A stretch of DNA of 64,000 nt. Origin: Candidatus Heimdallarchaeota archaeon. Its GTDB lineage: Archaea > Asgardarchaeota > Heimdallarchaeia > JABLTI01. The notes under the pieces were generated by a model. It was not told the DNA's origin. It did no database searches and saw only the letters and a list, made by a program, of their open reading frames with translations. Below are positions 30,743 to 41,360 of the stretch, piece by piece. Positions within the stretch are counted from its first letter, which is position 1. Each line of letters begins with the position of its first letter. The stretch spans positions 32,001 through 96,000 of the forward strand of contig JABCTZ010000011.1 in the NCBI GenBank assembly GCA_018238155.1, given 5' to 3'. A program made the translations under genes and the position numbers.

Positions 30743-31756
30743 CTATTGATTTTCCCGATCTTGTTGTTGATATTCTTGGGGAGGAGGCGGTGTTGGTAAT
30801 TGTTGTTGTTCATCTACAAAAGAGCTACTCGCATAGTAATCTTCGGATTGAGTAGTGTCTTGTACGTAAATTTCTTGTTGAGGTGCTGCTTCTTGTGAAT
30901 GTTCGTGAGTTTCATATATATCAAGAATTTGATTGGTCTCAACTCTTTCTGCTTCTGCAGGAAATTGAAAGAGTCTTTTTCGTTCTATTAATCCTCCACC
31001 TAAAATTGCAGATAAGAGGGCAATTGCGATATATTGTTCAGCCATAAGTAATACAATAGGAATTGTAGTAGCTAAATTAGAGGTATCTCCAAGTAAAATA
31101 CCGGCAACGGCAATATCATACACAAAATAACCAATTACAGGTAGAATACCAATAGTATTCGCAATCAATGCGTATTTTCTTGTTCCTGCAGTTATTGCTC
31201 CAACAAAAAAACCCGGAATACAAGCTAGAAAAATAAGATAAGGGAGATTACTCAATACACCTGAACCCAAATTGGGAAAGATATTCGGGATTTGTATTAT
31301 AATAAATAATGTGCCAATAGTAAGTGCCATTGTAACAATAGTACCAAATATTGTTGATGCTGCACCACGAGCTAAAATTTTCGGAAAAAGTATTTGATCA
31401 ATATCGGTTTCAAACCCTTCGAAGATATTTAGGTCTATATACATGTCATCAGTTAGATACTTGGAAAATTTTTCTTGAAAAGCAACAGAAATTTTATTTA
31501 TTAAATTTTCAACTAAGCTTGGATCATCTCTTTTATCTGCTAAAGCTGCAACAAGAAACTTTCCAGCGGAGCCATAAACAAATTGATTATCTTCTCCTCC
31601 TATTTGTTGTATGCCGCCAATACCACTCTCAGCAGAGAAAGCATTAAATGCTGTTAAAAGACCGGAAATTAATTGATCTTCAATATCCATTTTGATATAT
31701 TTATGACTAAAGATACATTGACCAGTTTCTGTAATTATCCATATAGCTTGGATCAA
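30743..31756 (-). CDS. Longin-domain membrane protein with acidic/Gln tail
   Basis: MIQAIWII..TGQCIF, DQLISGLLTAF; about 4 TM helices. Confidence 0.8.
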   Translation of the reverse strand: MIQAIWIITETGQCIFSHKYIKMDIEDQLISGLLTAFNAFSAESGIGGIQQIGGEDNQFVYGSAGKFLVAALADKRDDPSLVENLINKISVAFQEKFSKYLTDDMYIDLNIFEGFETDIDQILFPKILARGAASTIFGTIVTMALTIGTLFIIIQIPNIFPNLGSGVLSNLPYLIFLACIPGFFVGAITAGTRKYALIANTIGILPVIGYFVYDIAVAGILLGDTSNLATTIPIVLLMAEQYIAIALLSAILGGGLIERKRLFQFPAEAERVETNQILDIYETHEHSQEAAPQQEIYVQDTTQSEDYYASSSFVDEQQQLPTPPPPQEYQQQDRENQ

Positions 31757-32064
31757 AATGATGCCTCCATAGCAAACAAGTTAGCTAACTTTATGATTAA
31801 AGATTGCGTAATAAGTAAAACGCGTAAACTACAATAAAAATAATTCTAAATCGGCATTCAGAAGAGATTAGATTGGAAAAATCTTACCCTAAACATAAGA
31901 ATTTTATGAGGAAAAAAGATATTTAGGTTAACTGAAATGGATTACTAGTAAATTGTTAAAAAACAAATAGCATCGAAATAGTAATACCTAAAAAACAAAA
32001 GATAGGAAAAGTGATATATACAAAAAACACTTGGTAACTGCCTATCCTCTTTTGGTGAAAAATA

Positions 32065-33348
32065 ATGCAAAAAATACTCTTTATTGGAATTGACGGGGCA
32101 GGGAAAACTGCTCTCTATCAGAAATTCTTTGGAAAAAAACCACCAGCTCAGCTTCTAAATATACCACCTACAAGAGGGATTGCTAAATATAAACACGATT
32201 TCCTGCGATCTGATGTAGAGATTATTGATGTCGGTGGAGGAAAGAAATTTAGGCAAGGATATATCGGGAATAAGGAATTAGTGTCAAATCTAAGTGCTAT
32301 CGTATATTTTGTTGATGTACAAAACGTTTCAAAATACGAAGAAACAGCTAATTTCCTAATATTATGGACGAAAAGCATTGCTGACCAATTGAGAAACGTG
32401 AAAGGATATATTCTGTTCAATAAAATTGACCCAGGACTGGAAGCACAAATAAAAAATGGTTTAGCACAATTAGCTCAACTAATTGCTCCACTAGATGCGC
32501 TCATACCAGGTGGTCTTATAAAAAACATTACTAGTATCTATACGGATTCCTCAAATCAAACTATGCAAAGAATACTATTGGATACTTTGCCAAAGAAAAT
32601 GTCAAAAACACCTGTAAGTGCATTGCCACAAGTTCAACAAGAACCCGCAACACATTCTCCTCCTGTTCACAAAGTAATACTAAAACCACCAGTTGAAAAA
32701 CAAAAAAAATTTCTAACAGAACCAGCTGTATCAAAAACTGTTACTATACCAAAAACAACACCTTCTCCAACTGCTGGACCACCAAAACTAGTTGAATCAT
32801 CGATAACCGATGTTGCTCCCCCTAATATGAACATTGTTCAACCAATGAAAAAAGAAGAAGCAAAGCGAATACAAGAGAAAATAGCAGAAAGATTATCAGA
32901 TATCATTACAGCCACTTTGGATAATAATACTGAGCTAACTGCAATAGCAGTCTATACAGAAAATGCGGAACGGGTAGTTGGTGCAGTACAAAGAGGAGCC
33001 AACCCAGAGATATTACAATTAATTGAAATTACTCTCTCTAAAATTAACTTGGAAGAATATATGCAAAAAATAGGTAAAATACGAATTGGTGGAGAAGGGC
33101 ACCTGAAGATTGATGTTTATAATATATTCTTTGAAAAAATCTCACCAGAACATGTAAGTACAGTTATTTGCACTTCAATTGAAGAAAGCTCAATAAAGAA
33201 TATTCAGCAATTAAATAAATATCTCAACCAAGCTTTAAGCGTATCTCCAGATAGTGTGAGCGATGACACATTCAAAAGATCTGATCTTATGACTGAATTG
33301 AAAATGAGGCTACACAGAAGAGGAAAAAGTGTAGACGAGCTGCTCTAA
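32065..33348 (+). CDS. Rag/Gtr-like GTPase with Pro-rich linker and C-terminal roadblock-like domain
   Basis: GIDGAGKT, PT, DVGG, NKID, TSIY; C-terminal alpha/beta domain. Confidence 0.8.
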   Translation: MQKILFIGIDGAGKTALYQKFFGKKPPAQLLNIPPTRGIAKYKHDFLRSDVEIIDVGGGKKFRQGYIGNKELVSNLSAIVYFVDVQNVSKYEETANFLILWTKSIADQLRNVKGYILFNKIDPGLEAQIKNGLAQLAQLIAPLDALIPGGLIKNITSIYTDSSNQTMQRILLDTLPKKMSKTPVSALPQVQQEPATHSPPVHKVILKPPVEKQKKFLTEPAVSKTVTIPKTTPSPTAGPPKLVESSITDVAPPNMNIVQPMKKEEAKRIQEKIAERLSDIITATLDNNTELTAIAVYTENAERVVGAVQRGANPEILQLIEITLSKINLEEYMQKIGKIRIGGEGHLKIDVYNIFFEKISPEHVSTVICTSIEESSIKNIQQLNKYLNQALSVSPDSVSDDTFKRSDLMTELKMRLHRRGKSVDELL

Positions 33349-33367
33349 AATCCACTTTAGCAAAAAG

Positions 33368-33417
33368 AAAGAGAAAAGAAAGTGGTGGACCGGATGGAAT
33401 TTGAATCCATGATCTCC
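33368..33417 (-). repeat. tRNA-Ala 3'-end repeat R1 (with U-rich trailer)
   Basis: 29/29 identical to the tRNA 3' end, flanked by AAAGAGAAAAGAAAG. Confidence 0.97.
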
Positions 33418-33499
33418 ATTACAAACCATTGACTTTACTACTTGATATACGGGTTTCTGAATTGTAATACTAAAATTAAACTCCTTATCTAATTCAATT

Positions 33500-33674
33500 A
33501 ATTAGTCAAATCAGAAAGGAATATTTCAAAATCTCTATCTGATTTTAGAAATACAAAAACTTCTTCTTTCAAAATTTCTTCTAACAATGGAAATTTTTCA
33601 AGATCAATAAGTGGTAATGTTTCCAATGTAAATTCATTGTCTTTTTCAAGTGCATAAACAATCGCATTTATTGA
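33500..33674 (-). pseudogene. Orphan 3' fragment of an unrelated gene
   Basis: Startless frame SINAIVYALEKDNEFTLETLPLIDLEKFPLLEEILKEEVFVFLKSDRDFEIFLSDLTN*. Confidence 0.5.
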
Positions 33675-34115
33675 TCAATACAGGTTCTTCCGGAAGTGGT
33701 TCACCTTCGTCTGTTTTATGTCAAAGACATAGACCGCTCGGAAATAGATCCCTTTTTCGTTGACTTCCTCGCCTGTTCGGTCATCGAGACGTTTCTTCTC
33801 GTATGTGCATGGTGCTAAGATAGCAATTCCTTTCTCACCTTTTCTTACGAATCGGTTGAGCTTTTTCCACTTGTTGATTCTGACATCTTTTTTAGGGGTG
33901 TATCCAGCAACAAGGGAAGCGTTCGATTGCTGACATAGAATTAACAGAATATTGTTGTAGGAGTATTTGTGGAACTTGGACATCAATTGGAGATGCTTTT
34001 ACATTTCCTCTGAGATGCGAGCTTTTTCAGTTTGGTTGGCAAGTTCGTCGATAGCGTCTGTTATTTGCTCTTTTAGATCAGCTTGTTTTTGCTTCCAATC
34101 TTTTTTTGCCGTTAT
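33675..34115 (-). pseudogene. ArdC-like (DUF1738) ssDNA-binding/antirestriction protein pseudogene
   Basis: FHKYSYNNILLI..Q, W..LNR.VRKGEKGI.ILAP, VFDI.QT; ATA at the probable start after GAGGT, in-frame TAA at 33999-34001, frameshift before EGEPLPE, truncated. Confidence 0.85.
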
Positions 34116-34375
34116 CGGATAGACCTCTTTAGGTTTTGGTTTATTAAGTCAATAATTAATAGAGATGAAGATAGAACTGATCCTGTTAAGCTAAAGAGAT
34201 TCTTCGAACTCTAGGTATTAAAAATGAGCAAAAATGATTTTGTCCTATTAGTCCATATTTTAATAGCAACAACTGCCACACGATAAAATTGAAAAGAAGG
34301 AAAGAACGAGGGGGAAAAGAGGATTTGTTAATTGAATTATTTTAAAATGATTACTAAAATAGTGCTTAAATTAAT

Positions 34376-36943
34376 CTAATACCCCAAATATTCTTTTTCA
34401 ATAAAGTCTTTTATCTCTGTAATAAAACTACTTTCTGAGTCTTTTTGTGTATAGATAATTATCTGTTCTTTAGCTCGAGTTAAAGCAACATAAAATAATC
34501 TTCTTTCTTCTTGTTCACGTAATCCATCATTCTCTTTAATAGCTGTCTCAAAGACATCTGGATTTTCAAGTTCACAAGGAAATCCATATAATCCCTTATC
34601 TACATTTAATAAAATTACAACTTTCGATTCTAATCCCTTGCTTTTATGAACAGAGAATATACGAACACAATTTGGTTTATCAGGTTCTTCAGAAATAGGG
34701 ATACCATACATATTCTTCATGCCAAAATGATTTCTTAATTTAGGATTTTTTGCAATTCTTAAAAGAATCATAAAATCATCGTATTTGAAGCCTTTTTTAA
34801 CAAGTTCGTTTATTTTCTTTAGAGCGTGAGACGCAATTTGTTCATAATATTTACCAAAATATTCTTTTTTGTGTTTCGAGGAATAAACCAAAATTTTCGT
34901 TTCTTTATTTTTGTTAGCAATAGTCTGTTTTTTAATTTGATTAATGTTATTTTTTATTACGGTTGCTCCAACATTTACGATTGTTTTTATACTTCTATAA
35001 TTTCTTATCAAATCTGTTCTAGCTGGATGATCAAAATATCTATCAAAGTGAATAAAATAGTCAAGATTCGATCCCGCAAACCCCATGATACTCTGCCAAT
35101 CATCACCTACACAAAATAGTTTACACTTTGGATTTTTTTCCATTAAAGCCTTAATTAAATAATATCTTTGAGTACTAATATCCTGAAATTCATCAATGAG
35201 AATATGGTCATAAGTATCTAGATAGAAATCTTTGTTTTTATTTAGAAGCTTTGAAGCGTGATTGATCATATCACAAAAATCCATAGAATAATTTTTCTCT
35301 AGTTCTTTTTCGTATTCCTGATAGATTCTCAAAGCTATTTTAGTAAAAGCAAACTGTTTGGGTGACCAATTCATTTTATCTAATCGTTCTTCAATATCTG
35401 ATACAGTTAAACCATAGGTTTTTGCAATAGTAATATACCTTGAAATATTCATTGGTAACCCTTTAACAAATTCTTTACATTCTTCCCAAACTTTTTCTAC
35501 TAGTTCACTATATGATAGTAACGATTGTTTAAACTCTTCTTGAGGAAATTTCTTATAAAGTGCTGTCAGAAATTTTTCTTCCAATGTTTTGTCAATTGGT
35601 TTGGTCTTAAATTCTGCTTCTGTAGTTTCGATTAGAAATTTATTATTCTCTTTAAATTTACTTCTTTTTTTGCTCATACCTTTTCTATAATTTTCTGTTG
35701 GATTTTCACCGGAAAACCATCTGGGTACATTCCCATCCTCATCAATTGCCCAATGTTCCAAATAGATATCAAAATCAGGAAAATAGAAATCTGGATTTGG
35801 TATATGCTCTATTCCCTCTTCATCTACATAGGTCATCCATTCTGCTGGTTCTTCATATAAAATGTTAATTTTGTTTCCATTAATTTTGTTCCTTATGAAA
35901 AAATTGGCTATTAATCTTTCAGATTCACTTTTTACTTTTGTCCCATCTAAGGTTGTATAAGTCATGTTTCTTTGGTATTCATAAAATTCTTCTTTTTCTT
36001 CAAAATCAGCTTCCTCTTTAATGATTTTTTCATCAGAATAATGCTTCATAAATGAGATAATTTGATTTTGAAATGTTTCATCATTATTTCTTATATTCTC
36101 AAAAATTTCTTGAATATATTTTTGATATTTGTAATCATTGTTACAACGTTGATTTAGCTTTTTTGGATCAATAAATTTTTTTATGGCATCATCTTCGATT
36201 ACTTTTTTTCCAAATGAATGAAAAGTTCTGATTTCGATATCAATTTCATATCTCTTTTTCAATCGGTTCTTAATTTCTTCTTGAGCTTTATTTTGAAAAG
36301 CCAAAGCTAAAATTCGTTTTGGGTTAATTCTATTAGATTTCCTTTTAACAAGATATGCTATTCTTGTAGTCAAGACTTCTGTCTTACCAGATCCTGCTCC
36401 AGCGACAATTAAATTATGTTTATCATCAATTATAATTGCTCTTTGTTGTTCATCATCTAAGATTAAATTCTCTCTTTTAAAGAGATTCGCATATTCAATT
36501 TTTTTTCTTTGAATAAATTGTTCATTATAATGATTGATTTTATCTAATAGTGTAATGACTTCATCTTCTATTTGCTCACTTAGAATAATAATTTTCTCAG
36601 GTAAAAAATTTGAATAACTTTGAATATATCCCAACTTTCTAATGAAGTCTCTAATTTGAGAAAGGTATTTTTCTTTTTCAGAATAAATAAGGTAGGTATC
36701 ATTAATTACAATTTCTTGATATCTCTCCTGAAGAGTTAAGAGATTATCTTTAATAACAATAACAAGTTCCTGTAAGGTTTTTTCCTTCTCATCATACAGA
36801 TAAGATAATCTGATTTTTATCTTACTCAAAATATAAAAACCAATAAAAAAAGGAATGGTTAAATAACCAATAAATCTAAGATTCTTGAATTTCTTTATTT
36901 CCAATAGAAGTTCTTTAAGACGTATAAAATCATACTCTCTCAT
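34376..36943 (-). CDS. UvrD/helicase IV-like SF1 helicase with inserted PD-(D/E)XK-like domain and N-terminal TM segment
   Basis: AGAGSGKT, IDEFQD, VGDDWQSI, SVHKSKGLE, EERRLFYVALTRAK; insert KSESE..YE..PDFY..IYLEHW. Confidence 0.93.
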   Translation of the reverse strand: MREYDFIRLKELLLEIKKFKNLRFIGYLTIPFFIGFYILSKIKIRLSYLYDEKEKTLQELVIVIKDNLLTLQERYQEIVINDTYLIYSEKEKYLSQIRDFIRKLGYIQSYSNFLPEKIIILSEQIEDEVITLLDKINHYNEQFIQRKKIEYANLFKRENLILDDEQQRAIIIDDKHNLIVAGAGSGKTEVLTTRIAYLVKRKSNRINPKRILALAFQNKAQEEIKNRLKKRYEIDIEIRTFHSFGKKVIEDDAIKKFIDPKKLNQRCNNDYKYQKYIQEIFENIRNNDETFQNQIISFMKHYSDEKIIKEEADFEEKEEFYEYQRNMTYTTLDGTKVKSESERLIANFFIRNKINGNKINILYEEPAEWMTYVDEEGIEHIPNPDFYFPDFDIYLEHWAIDEDGNVPRWFSGENPTENYRKGMSKKRSKFKENNKFLIETTEAEFKTKPIDKTLEEKFLTALYKKFPQEEFKQSLLSYSELVEKVWEECKEFVKGLPMNISRYITIAKTYGLTVSDIEERLDKMNWSPKQFAFTKIALRIYQEYEKELEKNYSMDFCDMINHASKLLNKNKDFYLDTYDHILIDEFQDISTQRYYLIKALMEKNPKCKLFCVGDDWQSIMGFAGSNLDYFIHFDRYFDHPARTDLIRNYRSIKTIVNVGATVIKNNINQIKKQTIANKNKETKILVYSSKHKKEYFGKYYEQIASHALKKINELVKKGFKYDDFMILLRIAKNPKLRNHFGMKNMYGIPISEEPDKPNCVRIFSVHKSKGLESKVVILLNVDKGLYGFPCELENPDVFETAIKENDGLREQEERRLFYVALTRAKEQIIIYTQKDSESSFITEIKDFIEKEYLGY

Positions 36944-37154
36944 AGAATTGTATTAACAATAAATAGTTTATAATTATTTTTAATGAAGACAAAACAAGTG
37001 AACTAAGAAAAATAGCTAAAACCGTATTAGATAAATCACGAGTACTCATCTGTTTTATTTATCCACCAATTCATATATTAGTCAACAATATTTGGTTGTC
37101 CTTCGCTATCCAAAATAATACCTTCTATTACCTTTAAAGAATAATAAGAGAAAA

Positions 37155-37330
37155 TTCTTTATAAAATACTAAATGAAAGCCAAAAATTAGTGAATTGTAA
37201 TATCAGATAAAGAAAGGGAAAGAATATTTCTCATTTAAATATCAAATGACTCTTTACTCCCTTTTCCTTTTATTTCAACAATTTTGTTTCTTTTTTCCCC
37301 TTCTACTTAATATAGAAATAAAAACAAAAA
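37155..37330 (+). repeat. 176-bp direct repeat, copy 1
   Basis: Matches 41361-41536 with 2 mismatches by manual alignment. Confidence 0.95.
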
Positions 37331-37350
37331 GAAGGATTATAAAAGACGGA

Positions 37351-37400
37351 AATTAGAAAAGAAAGTGGTGGACCGAGTGGAATTTGAATCCACGTCCTCT
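37351..37400 (-). repeat. tRNA-Ala 3'-end repeat R2
   Basis: AGAAAAGAAAG-TGGTGGACCGAGTGGAATTTGAATCCACG; 26/29 to the tRNA core. Confidence 0.93.
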
Positions 37401-37422
37401 TTTTTGAAATGGAAAACTGAAA

Positions 37423-38991
37423 TCATTTGCGTTTTATGTAAAGAACAATAACTGCAAGCAGTACAACAGTCATTATACCTAGGAACCCATACAAAAATGT
37501 TGGTTGTACAGGTTCGAGTGGCTCAATAAATTTCGTCACAAAACATTCACTCTTGGCACTTTCACGGTCAACCGCATTTATCATTGGAAAATCATCTGAA
37601 TATGTTATGCCCACAATATAACAATAGCCATTATTAGTTACAGCAATATCCCGACCTTCATCTCCCGAGCTCCCTCCAAGATAGGTGCTCCAAAGTAAAA
37701 CACCATCTAATGAGAATTTTGATGCAAAGACATCATAGCCATCGTTTTTAGTAAAATCATAAGCGTTTTTAGTCGGAAAATTCGTTGATGCGGTATAACC
37801 TGTAATATAGCAACTATCATCTTTTGATGTGGTAATTGCGCAACCTCTGTCAGGACCATTTCCACCAAGAAATGTGCTCCATAGCAAACCTCCACTTGCA
37901 GAAAATTTGGCAACAAACGCATCTCCCCAATCATCGTACGTCTCATTAAAGGCATTTTGTACTGGAAATTCACTAGAAACTGTATAGCCCGTCACATAAC
38001 AACTTCCATCACTTGCAGCAGTAATACTATGACCTACATCCCACCACACCCCACCAAGAAAGGTACTCCACAAAAGTGAACCCTCAGTGGAAAATTTAGA
38101 TATATAAGTATCCGAATCACCATTATATGAGTCATCAAATGCATTCTTCACTGGAAAATCAACTGAGTCAGTTTCACCAGTCACATAACAACTCCCATCA
38201 TTTGACACAACAATATCTCCTACACGCTCCGAATAACTCCCTCCTAAATATGTGCTCCAAAGTAACCCCCCTTCTGTATCAAACTTGGAAACAAAAACGT
38301 CATACCCGCCATTATACGTATCACTATAGGCTTCTTTTGTTGGAAAATTAACAGATGAGGTTCTACCTGTGATATAGCAACTCCCATCTTTAGCAACAGA
38401 GATTCCTTGTGCTCTATCAAAATCATTGCCACCAAAGTAGGTGCTCCAAAGTAAAACACCATCTGATGAGAACTTTGAAACAAAAACATCTTCATAACCA
38501 CTAAAAGTACTGTTAAACGCATTTTTGGTTGGAAAATTGCTTGAATTAGTGTTTCCCAAAACATAGCAGCTTCCATCATCTCCCGCAGCAATAGCAAAAG
38601 CTCGATCCCGACTACTCCCTCCAAGATAAGAACTAAAGAGCAGGGAACCATCAAAAGCAAATTTAGTGATAAATGCATCGAGATTACCACCGAGAGTTTC
38701 ATCAAAAGCATTTTTTAAGGGAAAATCATTGGATCCTGTCAGCCCGGTGACATAACACTCTCCCTTGTCGGTTATTGTAGCACTATAGCCATGATCTTTA
38801 TCCTTCCCCCCTAGAAAAGTACTGAAATCAATAGTAAGATTAGCAGACAAAATAGCATTTACATATGGATTTATTTTCACGCTGTTTTTTGTAAAACTAT
38901 ATTGCTGCAGAATTGGTATTAGATTCCCAAAAATTAGTACAAAACCTATGCAACAGACCAGAATTAAATGACTTTTTTTTCTCAACTTCAA
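37423..38991 (-). CDS. Secreted/surface SBBP-repeat beta-propeller protein
   Basis: About 7 repeats of WSTYLGG..D.G..I....DGSCYVTG.T.S.NFP; signal peptide and C-terminal TM anchor. Confidence 0.92.
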   Translation of the reverse strand: MKLRKKSHLILVCCIGFVLIFGNLIPILQQYSFTKNSVKINPYVNAILSANLTIDFSTFLGGKDKDHGYSATITDKGECYVTGLTGSNDFPLKNAFDETLGGNLDAFITKFAFDGSLLFSSYLGGSSRDRAFAIAAGDDGSCYVLGNTNSSNFPTKNAFNSTFSGYEDVFVSKFSSDGVLLWSTYFGGNDFDRAQGISVAKDGSCYITGRTSSVNFPTKEAYSDTYNGGYDVFVSKFDTEGGLLWSTYLGGSYSERVGDIVVSNDGSCYVTGETDSVDFPVKNAFDDSYNGDSDTYISKFSTEGSLLWSTFLGGVWWDVGHSITAASDGSCYVTGYTVSSEFPVQNAFNETYDDWGDAFVAKFSASGGLLWSTFLGGNGPDRGCAITTSKDDSCYITGYTASTNFPTKNAYDFTKNDGYDVFASKFSLDGVLLWSTYLGGSSGDEGRDIAVTNNGYCYIVGITYSDDFPMINAVDRESAKSECFVTKFIEPLEPVQPTFLYGFLGIMTVVLLAVIVLYIKRK

Positions 38992-39160
38992 ATCCCCAAA
39001 TGTTAATTAAGTAATTTACTAAAAAAAGTTATTTTCATAAAATTTCCGTCGTAATCACTAATGAACAATGTTGCTATCTATCATTTTTTTTAATGCTAGA
39101 CTTTTATTAATTGATGTTTTTTTTGACTTTTCACTTATTTTATTCTCTTCTAAAAAAGAA

Positions 39161-39182
39161 AAGGAATCCCAAAAGATTCCCT
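39161..39182 (-). terminator. Hairpin plus U-tract after the peptidase gene
   Basis: AAGGAATC-CCAAAA-GATTCCTT followed on the minus strand by TTCTTTTTT. Confidence 0.55.
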
Positions 39183-39190
39183 TATCTATG

Positions 39191-40105
39191 TTAATCAAAC
39201 CAAGTGTAGCTTGAATAGTCTCTTTTTTGTGAATTCTGATCAGAGCACTCATCTTCTGCATCTTCCCATGCTTCTACCGCAGTATCTTCTACTTCAACAG
39301 CATCAAAGAAGTAATATGAGAATTCTCCTTCTTGATTTGGATATCCTGTACGGAAGTCTGCTTCATGAGAAGTATCTGTAGAAGACATTGCTAAATAGGG
39401 ACTTGCAGTAAAATCTGTTGCCCAAGTACCGGAATAACAGGAATCAACAAGCAGACATTTTCGAGCCGAATCCCAATTATCCATATAGGATTTAAATGTG
39501 TCTGAGTAAACTTGTGAATTTTCATTTGATTTGAAATAGGTGTAAGATTTTCCTTCAGAACTATCGTATTCTCCATGACCAATAATATAGCAGAAAAGAG
39601 TATCGGCAGGACGTTCATAGTCATCAACTGTATCACAATCATCACTAACATCATCACTATTAGCAAATTTGAAATATTTTGTATATCCCTCATCATCTAG
39701 TATCTCTTCGTATATATCTATCGTATCCTCATTGCATGCATCATAGGCATAGAAAAAGACAGCAATTTTCTCAGTGATCGCATCAAGTTCGAAATCATTT
39801 GTACCTCCAGAATAGACTATTTTTGTATCAGTATCCCAACGGTAATTCTTCACTACAGATAAATAATAAGGTGAGTTGCCGCTTAATGTCACAGAAAGAC
39901 TATATTCACCTTGACCGTTTGTTGTTGTTGAACCAAGGATATTGAAATAACTATCGGCTAGAACAATTGATGCGCCACTCAATGGATCGCCATATTCACT
40001 TTCAACTGTTCCAGTAAAGTTCGTTGCTCCACGCACATTAATATTTGTGCTCATCATACCAACAAATAGAAAAACTAACATCATAATTCCTAATTTCTTT
40101 TTCAA
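39191..40105 (-). CDS. Secreted clan CD (caspase/legumain-like) cysteine peptidase with carboxypeptidase-regulatory-like N-domain
   Basis: Signal peptide; G.V....G.PLSGA.I..TTTN.QGEY; catalytic dyad IIGHG and LVDSCYSG. Confidence 0.85.
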   Translation of the reverse strand: MKKKLGIMMLVFLFVGMMSTNINVRGATNFTGTVESEYGDPLSGASIVLADSYFNILGSTTTNGQGEYSLSVTLSGNSPYYLSVVKNYRWDTDTKIVYSGGTNDFELDAITEKIAVFFYAYDACNEDTIDIYEEILDDEGYTKYFKFANSDDVSDDCDTVDDYERPADTLFCYIIGHGEYDSSEGKSYTYFKSNENSQVYSDTFKSYMDNWDSARKCLLVDSCYSGTWATDFTASPYLAMSSTDTSHEADFRTGYPNQEGEFSYYFFDAVEVEDTAVEAWEDAEDECSDQNSQKRDYSSYTWFD

Positions 40106-40430
40106 TTTTAATTCCTCCCCTCTTTCTTAATCAAAAGAGTTCAATGTACAATAACAAGGTAATTATATTTAAGACTTCTTGATATCTATGCTTAGATTGT
40201 ACTTACTGAATAACTATTTAGATTTTGTCAGACAAGTAATAATAAAACCGTTATTATCAGTAATGCAAGTCGAAATCAGCAATGGTTTCATATCATGAAT
40301 TTACTTAAGATTCTTCAATTCCATTGTATGAAAATAACACTAAACAATAAAAGATTTTTGTGAGTCGAGTAAGATGGGTTCAGATGCTACCTCAATAATG
40401 ATTTATTGAATTCGCGGTTTTAGTGAAATC

Positions 40431-41330
40431 CTATTCTTGTAATTGATGTTTTGCTCTGAAATCTTCCAAACCATGAAATTCCATTATCTCATCGATAATC
40501 ATTTTTGCTCCTTCATTATTGTTATAGAGAAAGTCTAATTTCTCTAGAAGAAATCTGGAAGCATGTGGTATTTCTTGAATATAGGAGGAAAATGTTCGAG
40601 CAACAGCTGTAATATATTCATCAATTTGATAATCAAGCGTCATGAATTCTAATAATGGATTAGCAATGAGTTCAAATTGATCGGGAAAATTGGAAAGACT
40701 GTCAATAGCTGATTCTTTGATATCAATGATCCAATATTCGGAATATTCTGGATCAAATGTATCATTAGTAGATATTATTGATGTTCCACCATCATGTCCA
40801 GCAAAGTAGGGGTCCTCAAAATAATGTTCGTCTAGGGCAAGGATTTGAAGAAAAATGGGGATAAGTGATGGGTTTTTGTCAGTATGTGAAAGACGATTTA
40901 AAATCTCAGTAGATTCATAACGCATATCCATATGATTCTCTTTGTTAAGAATAATTCGACGAGAAATTTCAATACTTCTAGCTTGAAATTCTTTCATATG
41001 ATAAAGAACATAAGCTAACCGATATAAAATATAAGGACATTCAGTATCATCCTTCAAGAGATTAGTAACAAAAGAGGGTATGACTTGAGCTATTTCTATG
41101 ATTTTTGCAATAATAAAAACTAAACATTTTCTATTGGTAACATCAACTTCCTGTTCAAGCTGGGCTAACAGGAACTCAAAAATACTGGAAATAAAATCCG
41201 GCTTTATATTAATGGTTGAATTTTCAAAATATTGGAAATCAATCGCTAAAACATCTATTCCTATTGCTTCACAAAGCTGCTCAATAATTGCATCACCTTT
41301 ATCATCAAATTGTAAAACTTCATCAATCAT
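40431..41330 (-). CDS. Acidic HEAT/alpha-solenoid-like hypothetical protein
   Basis: MRYESTEIL and IKESAIDSL helical repeats. Confidence 0.55.
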   Translation of the reverse strand: MIDEVLQFDDKGDAIIEQLCEAIGIDVLAIDFQYFENSTINIKPDFISSIFEFLLAQLEQEVDVTNRKCLVFIIAKIIEIAQVIPSFVTNLLKDDTECPYILYRLAYVLYHMKEFQARSIEISRRIILNKENHMDMRYESTEILNRLSHTDKNPSLIPIFLQILALDEHYFEDPYFAGHDGGTSIISTNDTFDPEYSEYWIIDIKESAIDSLSNFPDQFELIANPLLEFMTLDYQIDEYITAVARTFSSYIQEIPHASRFLLEKLDFLYNNNEGAKMIIDEIMEFHGLEDFRAKHQLQE

Positions 41331-41360
41331 TAGAAATCCTCACTCTTTCCTAGTGTTATC

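Noticed and set aside
34291-34337. Possible fourth tRNA-derived repeat (purine-rich GAAAAGAAGGAAAGAAC...)
   Set aside because: Only the A/G-rich flank is similar; the TGGTGGAC and GAATCCA core is missing.
37423-38830. Periodic DNA repeats (GTGCTCCAAAGTAA etc.)
   Set aside because: Explained by the SBBP protein repeats in the coding sequence.
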